In this document: positions 27,621 to 37,172 of the stretch, in pieces
How the letters are laid out: every line of letters begins with the position of its first letter
How positions within the stretch are numbered: position 1 is the first letter of the stretch
Assembly (NCBI GenBank): GCA_028712895.1
Contig: JAQTPL010000006.1
Coordinates: 239 to 64,238 of the forward strand
Direction: 5' to 3'
Origin: a bacterium
Lineage (GTDB): Bacteria; CAYTYR01; UBA6262
Length of the DNA stretch: 64,000 bases
The notes under the pieces: model-generated
The model's database searches: none
What the model was told of the DNA's origin: nothing
What the model saw: only the letters and a program-made list of their open reading frames with translations
Program-made: the position numbers and the translations under genes

Positions 27621-28293
27621 TTTCTTTGTCGATAATATTCATAATTTCTTTAATATCGTTTATTTCGTAATCAGCGCCGCTTTCTTTAGTATCAAAAAGA
27701 TTGCCATAGCGGGCAAAGACCGTCTTCATCCCTACCTGCTTGGCCCCAACAACATCGCGCTCCGCCCAATCTCCCACCATAACGACATGTTGCGGGTCCA
27801 GCGACCATAATTCCAATAATTTACGAAAAGGTTTAGGGCTGGGTTTCCGCTCACCGGTATCGTCAAAAGTAATGACCTGGTCAAAGATCGGATGCAAACT
27901 AAAGGAGCACAGCCGCATCCACACTGCCAGCCGTGGAGCATCGCTGATCACTGCCATCTTGATCCCCCGCTTGGCAATACCGATCAGGGTGGACATAACA
28001 TGAGGGTAGAGAGTCAGGGCTCCTTCTTTGGCCCGGCGATAACCGATTATCCCGGCGGCCAGGATCTTATAATCGATTTTCCCGAATTCCTGCAATAATA
28101 TTTTGTCAAATATCTGCTGGTCCTCAATACCTTCTACCGAATACAGGTTAAATATCCGGTTGATCATTTGCTCCTTGGAAAGATCCAGCCCCGCGTCGAT
28201 CATGGCTTCTACCGCTGCTTCTACCGCCACGCGCTTGGCTTTCATGAAATCCCAAAGGGTATTATCCAGATCAAAGACTACGGCCTGGATCAT
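27613..28293 (-). CDS. HAD-superfamily hydrolase (possible nucleotidase/phosphatase)
   Basis: 226 aa. Motif I VVFDLDNTLWDF, motif IV-like VMVGDWAERDVVGA. Confidence 0.8.
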   Translation of the reverse strand: MIQAVVFDLDNTLWDFMKAKRVAVEAAVEAMIDAGLDLSKEQMINRIFNLYSVEGIEDQQIFDKILLQEFGKIDYKILAAGIIGYRRAKEGALTLYPHVMSTLIGIAKRGIKMAVISDAPRLAVWMRLCSFSLHPIFDQVITFDDTGERKPSPKPFRKLLELWSLDPQHVVMVGDWAERDVVGAKQVGMKTVFARYGNLFDTKESGADYEINDIKEIMNIIDKENG

Positions 28294-28691
28294 GCTCTAT
28301 CCTTTTTTAGGGTGAATGGTTCAGTCAGCAAGGTATTCATATTTAAGGCTTTCATTCCCCCTTTTTTATTTACCAGGATCACTTCCATCCTGGGATTGAA
28401 CTCAGCCATTACCTGGCGGCAAGCCCCGCAAGGGGATGTTAAATCCTCTGTATTAGTAAAGATTACCATAATCTTGAATTTAATTTCCCCGCTGCTGACG
28501 GCTTTTACTACGGCCACCTGTTCAGCGCAAAGACTTAATCCGTAAGAGGCATTTTCCACATTACCGCCGGAAAATATCTTACCAGTGGAGGTCAGCAACG
28601 CAGCCCCGACTTTAAACTTGGAATAGGGAGCATAAGCCTTATCTGCTGCTGCTTTAGCCGCTTGGACCAGTTCCTGTATCTCTTTTTCCAT
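28290..28691 (-). CDS. cdd: Cytidine deaminase
   Basis: 133 aa. Zinc motifs CAEQVAV and PCGACRQ, homotetrameric-type size. Confidence 0.9.
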   Translation of the reverse strand: MEKEIQELVQAAKAAADKAYAPYSKFKVGAALLTSTGKIFSGGNVENASYGLSLCAEQVAVVKAVSSGEIKFKIMVIFTNTEDLTSPCGACRQVMAEFNPRMEVILVNKKGGMKALNMNTLLTEPFTLKKDRA

Positions 28692-29605
28692 TAAAGGATC
28701 TCCTCGAAATGAGATAATCGTTTAAATTCTATGAAGCGCTTTTCAATTTCTTCATAGTGCAGTCTCTTAAAACGGTTTAAACTGAAATCTTCCACGTCGA
28801 AAGAGGCAATAACGCTGCCAATGATCGTGGCCTGCCGGAAACACTGCTCTGAAAGTTCTCCTTTTTTAGCGAGATAGCCCATAAAGCCACCGGCGAAGCT
28901 GTCGCCGGCACCAGTAGGATCATTTACTTCTTCCAGCGGAAATCCAGGCGCGCTGAAAACAGCTCCCTGGCTGAACATCAGCGCCCCATATTCTCCCTGT
29001 TTTACCACTACATGCTTAGCGCCCCAGGAGAATATCTTCTTAGAAGCTTTAACCAGATTCAACTCCTTGGTCAATTGGCGTATCTCTGCTTCATTAATAA
29101 ATAGCAGGTCTACTTTGGCAATAACTTGTTTTAAAGCGTCCAGTTTTTTATCAATCCAATAATTCATGGTATCGCAGGCGATAAATTTAGGATGTTTTAC
29201 CTGCTTGAGCACTTCTAACTGTAATTCCGGGTCAATGTTGGCCAACAGGACAAAAGGAGCATCCTGGTATTCTGGCGGCAAGATTGGTTTGAATTGAGCA
29301 AATACATTCAGCTGGGTATCCAGGGTCTGTGCCGTATTTAGATCATAGTTGTATTTGCCTTTCCAGCGAAATGTTTTCCCGGGATTAATAGTTAAACCTC
29401 TAGTATTGATATTCCGGCTTTGCAAGTATTCTATTTCTTTTTCTGGAAAATCAGATCCGACCACTGCTACCAGGTTTACCGGACTGAAAAAACTGGCAGC
29501 TACGCTAAAATACGTGGCTGATCCACCTAGTACATCCTGCACCTGGCCAAAGGGAGTCTCTACGGTATCCAGGCCGATCGAACCCACAACAAGTATCTTA
29601 TTCAA
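28691..29605 (-). CDS. PfkB-family carbohydrate/nucleoside kinase
   Basis: 304 aa, TTG start behind AGGAGG. C-terminal PfkB signature DPTGAGDSFAGGFMGYL. Confidence 0.85.
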   Translation of the reverse strand: MNKILVVGSIGLDTVETPFGQVQDVLGGSATYFSVAASFFSPVNLVAVVGSDFPEKEIEYLQSRNINTRGLTINPGKTFRWKGKYNYDLNTAQTLDTQLNVFAQFKPILPPEYQDAPFVLLANIDPELQLEVLKQVKHPKFIACDTMNYWIDKKLDALKQVIAKVDLLFINEAEIRQLTKELNLVKASKKIFSWGAKHVVVKQGEYGALMFSQGAVFSAPGFPLEEVNDPTGAGDSFAGGFMGYLAKKGELSEQCFRQATIIGSVIASFDVEDFSLNRFKRLHYEEIEKRFIEFKRLSHFEEIL

Positions 29606-29622
29606 CTAAACCTCCTAGAATC

Positions 29623-29710
29623 GTGTCACTAAAGAGTATCAATAAAACAGGGTCAAAAAAGAGGGTCAGCAAATAATTAAAATTCTTTGACACATTGACA
29701 CTCTGACACT
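29623..29710. repeat. Intercistronic word hairpin, GTCA family (copy 1)
   Basis: Left arm has four ~13-nt units (GTGTCACTAAAGA GTATCAATAAAACA GGGTCAAAAAAGA GGGTCAGC). Right arm has three ~9-nt units (TTGACACA TTGACACTC TGACACT) and ends at the mtnP stop. Related to 38193-38293. Confidence 0.7.
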
Positions 29711-30574
29711 CTATTTTATATATTTCCCTATAATAAATTTTAAATCTTTTTTAGTCTTAGCTGAGATTTTCTCCCTGGTAGTAATGATCGCATCAGACAA
29801 AGCCCGGTCACAATGGCAATCTGACTTCATCGGGAGTTCATTCATTAATTCTTTAATAATAGCCTTGGCTTTAGAAACATTACCCAGTAGGACCTTGATC
29901 ACTCCGTCACCGCTTACAGCGGCTTCAGAAGTATGCCAGACATCATAATCAGTGATCAAAGCCAGGGTGCTATAACAAATTTCTGCTTCTCTAGCAAGTT
30001 TTGCTTCAGTAACATTGGTCATGCCAATAACGTCTACACCCCATCTCCGGTATATTTCACTTTCACTCTTGGTGGAAAATTGCGGCCCTTCGATACAGAT
30101 ATAGTTCCCCCCACGATGGATGCGGAACCCTAATTTTTGTCCAATGGCATACACCTCGCCGCTCAATACCGGGCAGACCGGATTAGCCATACCTACGTGG
30201 GCCACTAATCCCTTGCCAAAAAAAGTAGCTTTTCTTTGGTTGGTGCGGTCAAAAAACTGGTCTACCACCATCAAGTCCCCGGGCACCAGGTCTTCCCGCA
30301 TACTGCCCACAGCACTTACTGATAATATTTTTTCTACTCCTAATTTCTTAAAACCAAAAATATTAGCCCGGTAGTTTATTTCTGAAGGAGTTATCCTGTG
30401 CCCACGGGCATGGCGGGGCAGGAAAGCTATTCTCTTGCCATTAAGGTCCCCGATCATATATTGATCACTCGGCTGGCCAAAAGGCGTAAGGATGGCCTTG
30501 GCTTTTAAATTCTTGATCCCTTCAATATCATATAATCCGCTACCGCCAATAATACCTAATTCAATTTTTTCCAT
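29711..30574 (-). CDS. mtnP: S-methyl-5'-thioadenosine phosphorylase
   Basis: 287 aa. GIIGGSGLY...LPRHARGHRITPSEINYRANIFGFKKLGV...VIGMTNVTEAKLAREAE is typical of MTAP. Confidence 0.9.
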   Translation of the reverse strand: MEKIELGIIGGSGLYDIEGIKNLKAKAILTPFGQPSDQYMIGDLNGKRIAFLPRHARGHRITPSEINYRANIFGFKKLGVEKILSVSAVGSMREDLVPGDLMVVDQFFDRTNQRKATFFGKGLVAHVGMANPVCPVLSGEVYAIGQKLGFRIHRGGNYICIEGPQFSTKSESEIYRRWGVDVIGMTNVTEAKLAREAEICYSTLALITDYDVWHTSEAAVSGDGVIKVLLGNVSKAKAIIKELMNELPMKSDCHCDRALSDAIITTREKISAKTKKDLKFIIGKYIK

Positions 30575-30629
30575 TACTACTCCTCCCGGTTAAGTACGAT
30601 TATCCCCCAAATTGAAACCCATATTATAG

Positions 30630-33014
30630 CTAAATCCTTCTGGAAAACTTGCTGAACAGTAGTACTAAAAAGACGATCATGGAACAAGCGGTCAGCAGCA
30701 TTCCCAGACGCAGGGAACGCGGCCGATAATGGAGCCAGATTTCGTGTTTGCCGGCAGGGACAGCAATTCTATTAAACATCCCTTCTTCACGCTCCAGTAA
30801 AACCGGCACCCCATCGATAGAAGCTTGCCAGCCAGGATAAGACATTTCCTTTAATACCAGTTGGTCCGCCCGGGGCAAGTCAGTATAAATCTTAATCTCA
30901 CCATTATGATAAAAAGCAATGATCGGCTGGTACTGCTTCTGCTGGAGATATCCAGCGCGCTGCTTAAAGTAAAGATTCTCGTACATATACGTCTGCGCAT
31001 CCTGAAAAACAACTTTTAAGCCGGCCGTTGTTATCTTCTGGGAAGCAATGATATATTTTACATTTTTCTCGCCTAATAACGGCAAAGCCAGGCGAATATC
31101 CAGTTGTTCAATATCTTTCATTTGTCGGCGTGCGGTTTTCAATTCCATCGGGCTATAACCGCTGACTTCGTCGATCTTCCACAACAGGTTCATATTCGGA
31201 GCAAGGCCCTGATCGGGACTTTGATAATTATAGACCCGGAAATAATCCGGATCCCTTTTTAATATACTAAGTAGACGGAACGACGGGGCTAACTCATTCT
31301 TTTCGGCAGTCACATTATATCCCAGACCAAAATAATACAGGTCGCACATAATAATCCCCAGTAAAACCAACTGAAAAGACTTGGCTTTAATCTCTCCTCC
31401 CAGGAAACCCTTAATGGTCCAATAAACCAGGAAGAGAATGATCAACTGCGCGTAGACATGGAGGCTGACCAAATTAAGGGAATACTGTAATCCTCCAATC
31501 AGCTGGTCCGCCCATGCGGCTAATTTATAAAAAGGGATATGTATGAAGATGCCTGCTATTTTAGCCAACCGTTCCTTGCCGATCAAGATCAGGCTATAAC
31601 CCAGCCCAAAAGCCAGTAACATAAAAGAACCGATCAGGATATAGACCCGTTTTAGCGCTAAACTAAAGTGTTCTTTTTTTAATAGTATTATTTTTAATCC
31701 AAACCCGGCCAGCACAGCCAAGCTAAAACTGACCACCAGTAGATATCCGGATATTCCTGAGGGGTGGCTGCTAAGAGACAGGGCCATAGCCGCGACAAAC
31801 AGAAAAACAAAAAAATTCAAATGTTTGGTTAGCCGGGACATCATGGACACCAGGGCCAGCACTAACGGGGCGATGCCGATATAACAGGCCAGATCCCAAT
31901 AGGTGGCCAAACCGTAGTAATAAGGACTGGCTGAGGGACTTTGCCAGCCAAAAAAATTAGGGAAAATATAGGTAATTAAATTACGTATGGGGAAAGAAAC
32001 CGCTCCATAATTAGTCGAGCGCGCCCCATTCATAACCAGCTCACGATATGGCAATAACTGTATCCCAGCCAGGGATAAACCAAGTATGATCAAAGCAGTA
32101 AAATATACAGCTTCTCTAAAAGGAAACTTCTCCCGGGACCAAAACCAGGCAAAATAGGCGGCATATACCACTATGGAACACAGAACTACTTGCGGATTCC
32201 CGGCCAATACTTGCAATGCTACCACCAGACTTAACCATATTAAAAAAGAACGCCGGCGGTCCTGTATATACCTCTCCAGGCAGTAAAAACCCAGCGGGAG
32301 CCAAGTCGCGGCAAAGATCAAACTGACATTCATTAAATTCGTAACTAAAAATCCGCCATAAGCAAACACCAGGCTGGTTATTAAAGCCGCGATCTCTTCC
32401 AAGCCCATGTACCGGGTATATATATAGGTAAAAAAACCAGCCAGCAAAAAATGGAAAATGAGCAGTAATGAGAGAGCGTACTCCGGAGCTAAAAAAGCCT
32501 GTGCCAGGAAATTCAAAGGGTAAAATACACCAAGGTGCCCCACAGCAAACAGAGGGAACCCACAAAAAAGCTGGGAGACCCATAAGGGTAAATGCCAATG
32601 CTGCCAAGCCTCGGCCATGATCTTGTGGCCGGGTAAATAAAAACGGGCAATCTCGCCAAACATAAATATTCTATTCTTAAACAGCCCTTCAAAAAATACC
32701 AGGGACCAGAAGAAACACATCCCTATTAACGGCAGGAACGCCGGGGATAAAAATATCTGCTTAACAGAAGTACCGCGGATATATCCCGCTATTTTCTTTT
32801 TAAACCGTTCAAAATGCTGATAAGCGCGCGGATATCGTTCTTTTAATCTGTTAAACATTTGCCCAGCCCAGGGATTTTCTTTAGCCAACAAAAATAAACC
32901 GACCAGCAAAAATAGGAGGCCTTGTAAAACAGGCAGAAAAAGGCCTAAAATCCCGAATAAGATGAATAACCAGCCAGCCATATTAAACAAGATCTTGCGA
33001 TATCGTATTTTCAT
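30630..33014 (-). CDS. YfhO-family polytopic membrane (glycosyl)transferase-like protein with an extra N-terminal 2-TM module
   Basis: 794 aa. Residues ~1-80 form a two-helix hairpin + basic linker (LFILFGILGLFLPVLQGLLFLLVGLFLLA). The remainder has the YfhO-like pattern (FYLPGHKIMAEAWQHWHLPLWVSQLFCGFPLFA). Confidence 0.65.
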   Translation of the reverse strand: MKIRYRKILFNMAGWLFILFGILGLFLPVLQGLLFLLVGLFLLAKENPWAGQMFNRLKERYPRAYQHFERFKKKIAGYIRGTSVKQIFLSPAFLPLIGMCFFWSLVFFEGLFKNRIFMFGEIARFYLPGHKIMAEAWQHWHLPLWVSQLFCGFPLFAVGHLGVFYPLNFLAQAFLAPEYALSLLLIFHFLLAGFFTYIYTRYMGLEEIAALITSLVFAYGGFLVTNLMNVSLIFAATWLPLGFYCLERYIQDRRRSFLIWLSLVVALQVLAGNPQVVLCSIVVYAAYFAWFWSREKFPFREAVYFTALIILGLSLAGIQLLPYRELVMNGARSTNYGAVSFPIRNLITYIFPNFFGWQSPSASPYYYGLATYWDLACYIGIAPLVLALVSMMSRLTKHLNFFVFLFVAAMALSLSSHPSGISGYLLVVSFSLAVLAGFGLKIILLKKEHFSLALKRVYILIGSFMLLAFGLGYSLILIGKERLAKIAGIFIHIPFYKLAAWADQLIGGLQYSLNLVSLHVYAQLIILFLVYWTIKGFLGGEIKAKSFQLVLLGIIMCDLYYFGLGYNVTAEKNELAPSFRLLSILKRDPDYFRVYNYQSPDQGLAPNMNLLWKIDEVSGYSPMELKTARRQMKDIEQLDIRLALPLLGEKNVKYIIASQKITTAGLKVVFQDAQTYMYENLYFKQRAGYLQQKQYQPIIAFYHNGEIKIYTDLPRADQLVLKEMSYPGWQASIDGVPVLLEREEGMFNRIAVPAGKHEIWLHYRPRSLRLGMLLTACSMIVFLVLLFSKFSRRI

Positions 33015-33030
33015 TGTCGTCCTTTATATA

Positions 33031-34401
33031 TCAATCAAATTTAAAATCGCGCTTGGTAAATACCGTAATACAGGCATCGACTACAGCCGGATCATATAGG
33101 GTACCGGCATGTTGCTTTAATTCATCCAGCGCCTTTTGTATCCCCAATGAAGGGCGGTAAGGACGATGCGAACACATGGCTTCAGTAACATCGGCAACCG
33201 CCATGATCCTGGCCTCTTTAATAATACTTTCACCGTTTAATCCTTTGGGATAACCAGTGCCATTCAAGCGTTCATGATGCTGGAGGATCACTTGGGCTAC
33301 CGGCCAGGGAAATTCCAGCTCTTTTAAGATCTCATAACCGACTTCGGGATGGGTTTTGACAATACTATATTCAAATTCATTTAATCGGCTGGGTTTAGAC
33401 AGGATTTCGGCCGGGACTACGATCTTGCCAATATCATGCAAAAATGCGGTGACCTTGATGCCGGCTACCGTGTCTTTGGACAAGCCCATTTCTTCGGCTA
33501 TCGCACAAGCCAGCTTAGCTACTCTTTTTTCGTGCCCGGCAGTATAAGGATCCCTTTTTTCCAGGGCTGTTGCCAGAGCATTAGCCGTACCTTCCAAGGT
33601 GCGCTGGAGCTTGCGATAACTTTCCAGCAGGCTCTCTTCAATAACTTTTTGCTGCGTTATGTCCCGGATAATACCAACGATAAATTTTTCCCCTTGCTTG
33701 TCTATGTATAATGTTTTTTTAGTCAGGATAATATGGAGAATACCAGTGGCATCAGTAAATTGCTCTTCATTGCTGTCTTCTCTCACATCATTAAAGACCA
33801 CTTCATCTCTGGCCCAGAACACTTCTGCCTGTTCTTTCGGGAAAAAATCAAAATCAGACTTACCGATCAGGTCTTCTCTTTTATATCCCATAAACTCACA
33901 ATAAGCATCATTGAGTAACACCCACTTATGATTACGGTCCTTGACAAAAATAGGATCAGCAACTGCATTCATGACTTTGCTCAGGTATTCCTGACTTTCT
34001 TTCAGTGATTGCTCAATGGAGATCTCTGCTGTCGTATCCCGTACCATGATGATCACCTGGTGGTCCACAAAGGGCATTAGCCTGGCATCAAAATGGTGTT
34101 TTTCCCCGGCAATAGATAGCCAGTACTGAATAGGAACTTTTTTCTGCGTTTTGTTTATTTGCTGCAGAGCTTCATCAAATATCTGGCCAGCATCAGGAGG
34201 CAGTACCTCTTGCATTTTTTTGCCTAAAAACTCTGTCGGCGGGATATACAATAAATCTTCATTACCGGCTCTATAATCAAGGATTACTCCTGCCGCATCA
34301 ACTTTAAAAAAGACATCTTCAAAGCCCTGGAATATGGCTTTTATTTCAGCTTGCAAGCGCAACAAAGATTCTGCCAATTTATTCTTTTCCATGTCTTCCA
34401 T
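33031..34401 (-). CDS. PAS-PAS-HD-GYP c-di-GMP phosphodiesterase-type protein
   Basis: 456 aa. Two PAS-like blocks, then HD-GYP (FLHDIGKIVVP...HHERLNGTGYPKGL). Confidence 0.85.
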   Translation of the reverse strand: MEDMEKNKLAESLLRLQAEIKAIFQGFEDVFFKVDAAGVILDYRAGNEDLLYIPPTEFLGKKMQEVLPPDAGQIFDEALQQINKTQKKVPIQYWLSIAGEKHHFDARLMPFVDHQVIIMVRDTTAEISIEQSLKESQEYLSKVMNAVADPIFVKDRNHKWVLLNDAYCEFMGYKREDLIGKSDFDFFPKEQAEVFWARDEVVFNDVREDSNEEQFTDATGILHIILTKKTLYIDKQGEKFIVGIIRDITQQKVIEESLLESYRKLQRTLEGTANALATALEKRDPYTAGHEKRVAKLACAIAEEMGLSKDTVAGIKVTAFLHDIGKIVVPAEILSKPSRLNEFEYSIVKTHPEVGYEILKELEFPWPVAQVILQHHERLNGTGYPKGLNGESIIKEARIMAVADVTEAMCSHRPYRPSLGIQKALDELKQHAGTLYDPAVVDACITVFTKRDFKFD

Positions 34402-34473
34402 ACAATGTATCCTGTCTGTTTCAGATTATCGCGTAGCCATTTTAGCGTTCCCCGCCTACTCCATTGGCAATGG

Positions 34474-35751
34474 TTAATTATATATTAAAGGATGTCTTGC
34501 TGGTTTAGTTTTCCTGATAACAATCGCAGCTAATAGCCTTTTTTTAAGTTCCGGGACAATGCCAGCCTTATTGTAATACATTGTAGCTACCAGGTCCCCG
34601 GCCTGTATTGGATCACCTATTTTCTTGTGCAGAAGAATCCCGGCGCTGTAATCAATCAGGTCTTCCTTCTTTTGCCGCCCGGCTCCGAGCATGGTGGCGA
34701 CCAGTCCAATCTCCCTGGTACTCATACTATATATATAGCCGCTGACTGGAGCTTTGATCACTAATTTATGCTTCGCTACTGGTAACTGGTTAATTTTTCC
34801 TCCCTGGGTCTTGACCAGGCAATAAAATTTATCCAAAGCTTGCCCCGTAGGAATTAATCCCCGCAGTATTTGTTCAGCCTCTTTAACATTGCCGGCTTTT
34901 TTCCCTAAAACCAGCATCTCGGCTCCCAGCGCCAGGGTTAAGGTCATAAAATCTGCCGGGCCCTCACCTTTTAGCACCTCTATAGCCTGGCTTATTTCCA
35001 AGCTATTGCCGACAGCATTACCCAAGGGCTGATTCATATCGGTAACCAGCGCTTTTATTTTCAAACCGTTCTTTTTCCCTACAGTTATTAAGACCTGCGT
35101 TAATTGTTTTGCAGCTGCATAATTTGGCATAAAAGCGCCATTACCGAATTTTACATCAAGGACCAGCCCATCTATTCCGGCCGCTATTTTTTTACTAAGG
35201 ATACTGGCGCAAATCAGGGAAATATTCTCTACTGTCCCGGTAGCATCACGCAAAGCGTATATCTTTTTATCAGCAGGCGCTAATTCTGCGGTCTGCCCAA
35301 TCATCGCTACACCTATCTTTCGTACCTGTCGCAGGGCCTGGCGGCTGGTTAATGCTGTCCTGAATCCTGGAATGCTGGCTAGTTTATCGAGGGTTCCGCC
35401 GGTATGGCCCAGACCCCGGCCGCTCATCATGAGCACCGGCAATCCAGCAGCGGCCACCAACGGAGCCAGCGCCAGTGATATCCCATCTCCTACCCCGCCG
35501 GTGGAATGTTTATCAATAACCATTCCCTTCAAACCAGTCAAATGCAAGGTCTTCCCGGAATGAGCCATCGCCTCGGTCAACGCTATAGTTTCGGACAAAC
35601 TCATCCCCTGAAAATATACTGCCATTAAGAAAGAAGCCATCTGGTAATCAAGAATATCGCCGCAGGAATAGCCGTCTATAAGCTCCTTTATTTCCCCGGC
35701 AGATAATCTTTGGCCGTTTCTTTTCCTGATGATAGTCTCGAGAACACTCAT
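34474..35751 (-). CDS. pdp: Pyrimidine-nucleoside (thymidine) phosphorylase
   Basis: 425 aa. DKHSTGGVGD, SGRGLGHTGGTLDKL and the C-terminal alpha/beta domain are typical. Confidence 0.9.
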   Translation of the reverse strand: MSVLETIIRKRNGQRLSAGEIKELIDGYSCGDILDYQMASFLMAVYFQGMSLSETIALTEAMAHSGKTLHLTGLKGMVIDKHSTGGVGDGISLALAPLVAAAGLPVLMMSGRGLGHTGGTLDKLASIPGFRTALTSRQALRQVRKIGVAMIGQTAELAPADKKIYALRDATGTVENISLICASILSKKIAAGIDGLVLDVKFGNGAFMPNYAAAKQLTQVLITVGKKNGLKIKALVTDMNQPLGNAVGNSLEISQAIEVLKGEGPADFMTLTLALGAEMLVLGKKAGNVKEAEQILRGLIPTGQALDKFYCLVKTQGGKINQLPVAKHKLVIKAPVSGYIYSMSTREIGLVATMLGAGRQKKEDLIDYSAGILLHKKIGDPIQAGDLVATMYYNKAGIVPELKKRLLAAIVIRKTKPARHPLIYN

Positions 35752-36561
35752 TTATATTTTCCTAAGCAGCGCTTTGATCAATTTATTTAAATTAAAACTG
35801 ACCTTCTGGGCGATCTCGAGCGTCGTGCGGTGGCTGTGTTTTATTTTACCTATGCCGGCTGCCCGGTTAGTAACACAAGCCAGGCCCAGTATTTCCAATC
35901 CCAATGAGCGGGCAATGATCGCTTCAGGCACCGTGGACATCCCGATAATATCAGCGCCAATTTTTTTGAACATTTTTATTTCAGCCGGGGTTTCATAAGT
36001 TGGCCCGGTTACCGCGGCATAGATGCCTTCCTGCAATTGCACCTGCAGTTTGGCGGCTTCGGTTTTAGCCAATCTCCTCAATTCCGGGGAATATACACCG
36101 GTCAAATTCAGGAAATTGATCGACTCCCCTTTTTCAGCCCGCAGCGGATTGATACCCATAAAATTAATATGATCCTTGATCAATATGAGATCACCTGGTT
36201 GATAGCCATTATTAATAGCGCCACTGGCGTTAGTCAGGATAAGTTTAGTGATCCCTATTGCTTTCATTACTTGGATCGGGAAAGTTATCTCTTCTATGCT
36301 GTATCCTTCATAGTAATGCAACCGGCCGCGCATAATCACTACGTCTTTGCCGGCCAGTGTCCCCAATACCAGGACTCCTTCATGTCCTTCCACGGTAGAA
36401 GAAACAAAATAAGGGATCTCCATAAAAGGGATTACTACTTTATTCTCTACTTCTTCCGCCAAAACTCCTAATCCCGAGCCCAGGACGATGCCGATCTCCG
36501 GCTGGATCATTTTTTTCATCTGGATCAATTTTAAAGCCTGTTCGATCTTGGTCCGCATCAT
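35752..36561 (-). CDS. punA: Purine nucleoside phosphorylase (PNP-I, trimeric type)
   Basis: 269 aa. GIVLGSGLG...STVEGHEG.LVLG...GRLHYYEGY...TNASGAIN..PGDL..IKDHIN pattern. Confidence 0.9.
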   Translation of the reverse strand: MMRTKIEQALKLIQMKKMIQPEIGIVLGSGLGVLAEEVENKVVIPFMEIPYFVSSTVEGHEGVLVLGTLAGKDVVIMRGRLHYYEGYSIEEITFPIQVMKAIGITKLILTNASGAINNGYQPGDLILIKDHINFMGINPLRAEKGESINFLNLTGVYSPELRRLAKTEAAKLQVQLQEGIYAAVTGPTYETPAEIKMFKKIGADIIGMSTVPEAIIARSLGLEILGLACVTNRAAGIGKIKHSHRTTLEIAQKVSFNLNKLIKALLRKI

Positions 36562-37172
36562 GTCAGTTTCACCACTATGTCTCCTATAATATTGCCGGCT
36601 TCATCAGCACGGTCAGCGGCATTGGAAAGATGCCGGTAAATCTCCCTTAATTTAAGGATATATATTGTATCTTTTTCTTTGAATAATTCTACTAAGGCTT
36701 CCTGGTAGGTATGCTCCATTTCGTTTTCCAGTTTTTTAGCTTTTTGCGCATGTTCCAGGGCTAATGAAGGCCGGGCCTGTAGATGGAAAATAGCCCGCGA
36801 TATTTCCTCGGCTTGCCGCCGCAGGATATAAACCATTTTCAGCAGTGACGGATTGGCTTGCACTTTAAATAACGCCATCTCGCCCACCGTACTTTTCGCA
36901 TAGTCCACAACATCGTCAACAGTGCGCGAAAGGGCAAAAATATCTTCCCGGTCAAAGGGCGTGATGAATGACCTATTCAATTCCGTGATCAGGATATGCC
37001 GCAAATCATCAGCGTCTTGCTCCATACGCTTAACTTTATCACTGGCTTCCTGGCTGGAATTTGACATAAACTCTTCCAGGGCAATAATACCCTCCAGGCT
37101 TTTATCTGCCTGGTCCAGGAGCAATTTATTAAAATTCTTTTCCTGCGGAAAAAAGAATTCTTTTAAACCCAT
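36558..37172 (-). CDS. PhoU-like DUF47 protein (PiT accessory/phosphate-transport regulator type)
   Basis: ORF track to 37292. ATG 37172 preferred (GGGAGGG SD at 37176-37182). Four-helix repeats and typical pairing with the PiT gene. Confidence 0.78.
   Translation of the reverse strand: MGLKEFFFPQEKNFNKLLLDQADKSLEGIIALEEFMSNSSQEASDKVKRMEQDADDLRHILITELNRSFITPFDREDIFALSRTVDDVVDYAKSTVGEMALFKVQANPSLLKMVYILRRQAEEISRAIFHLQARPSLALEHAQKAKKLENEMEHTYQEALVELFKEKDTIYILKLREIYRHLSNAADRADEAGNIIGDIVVKLT

Noticed and set aside
32116-32607. 163-aa minus-strand ORF nested in the YfhO-like gene
   Set aside because: It is an alternative frame of a continuous 794-aa membrane-protein ORF, with no independent start signals.
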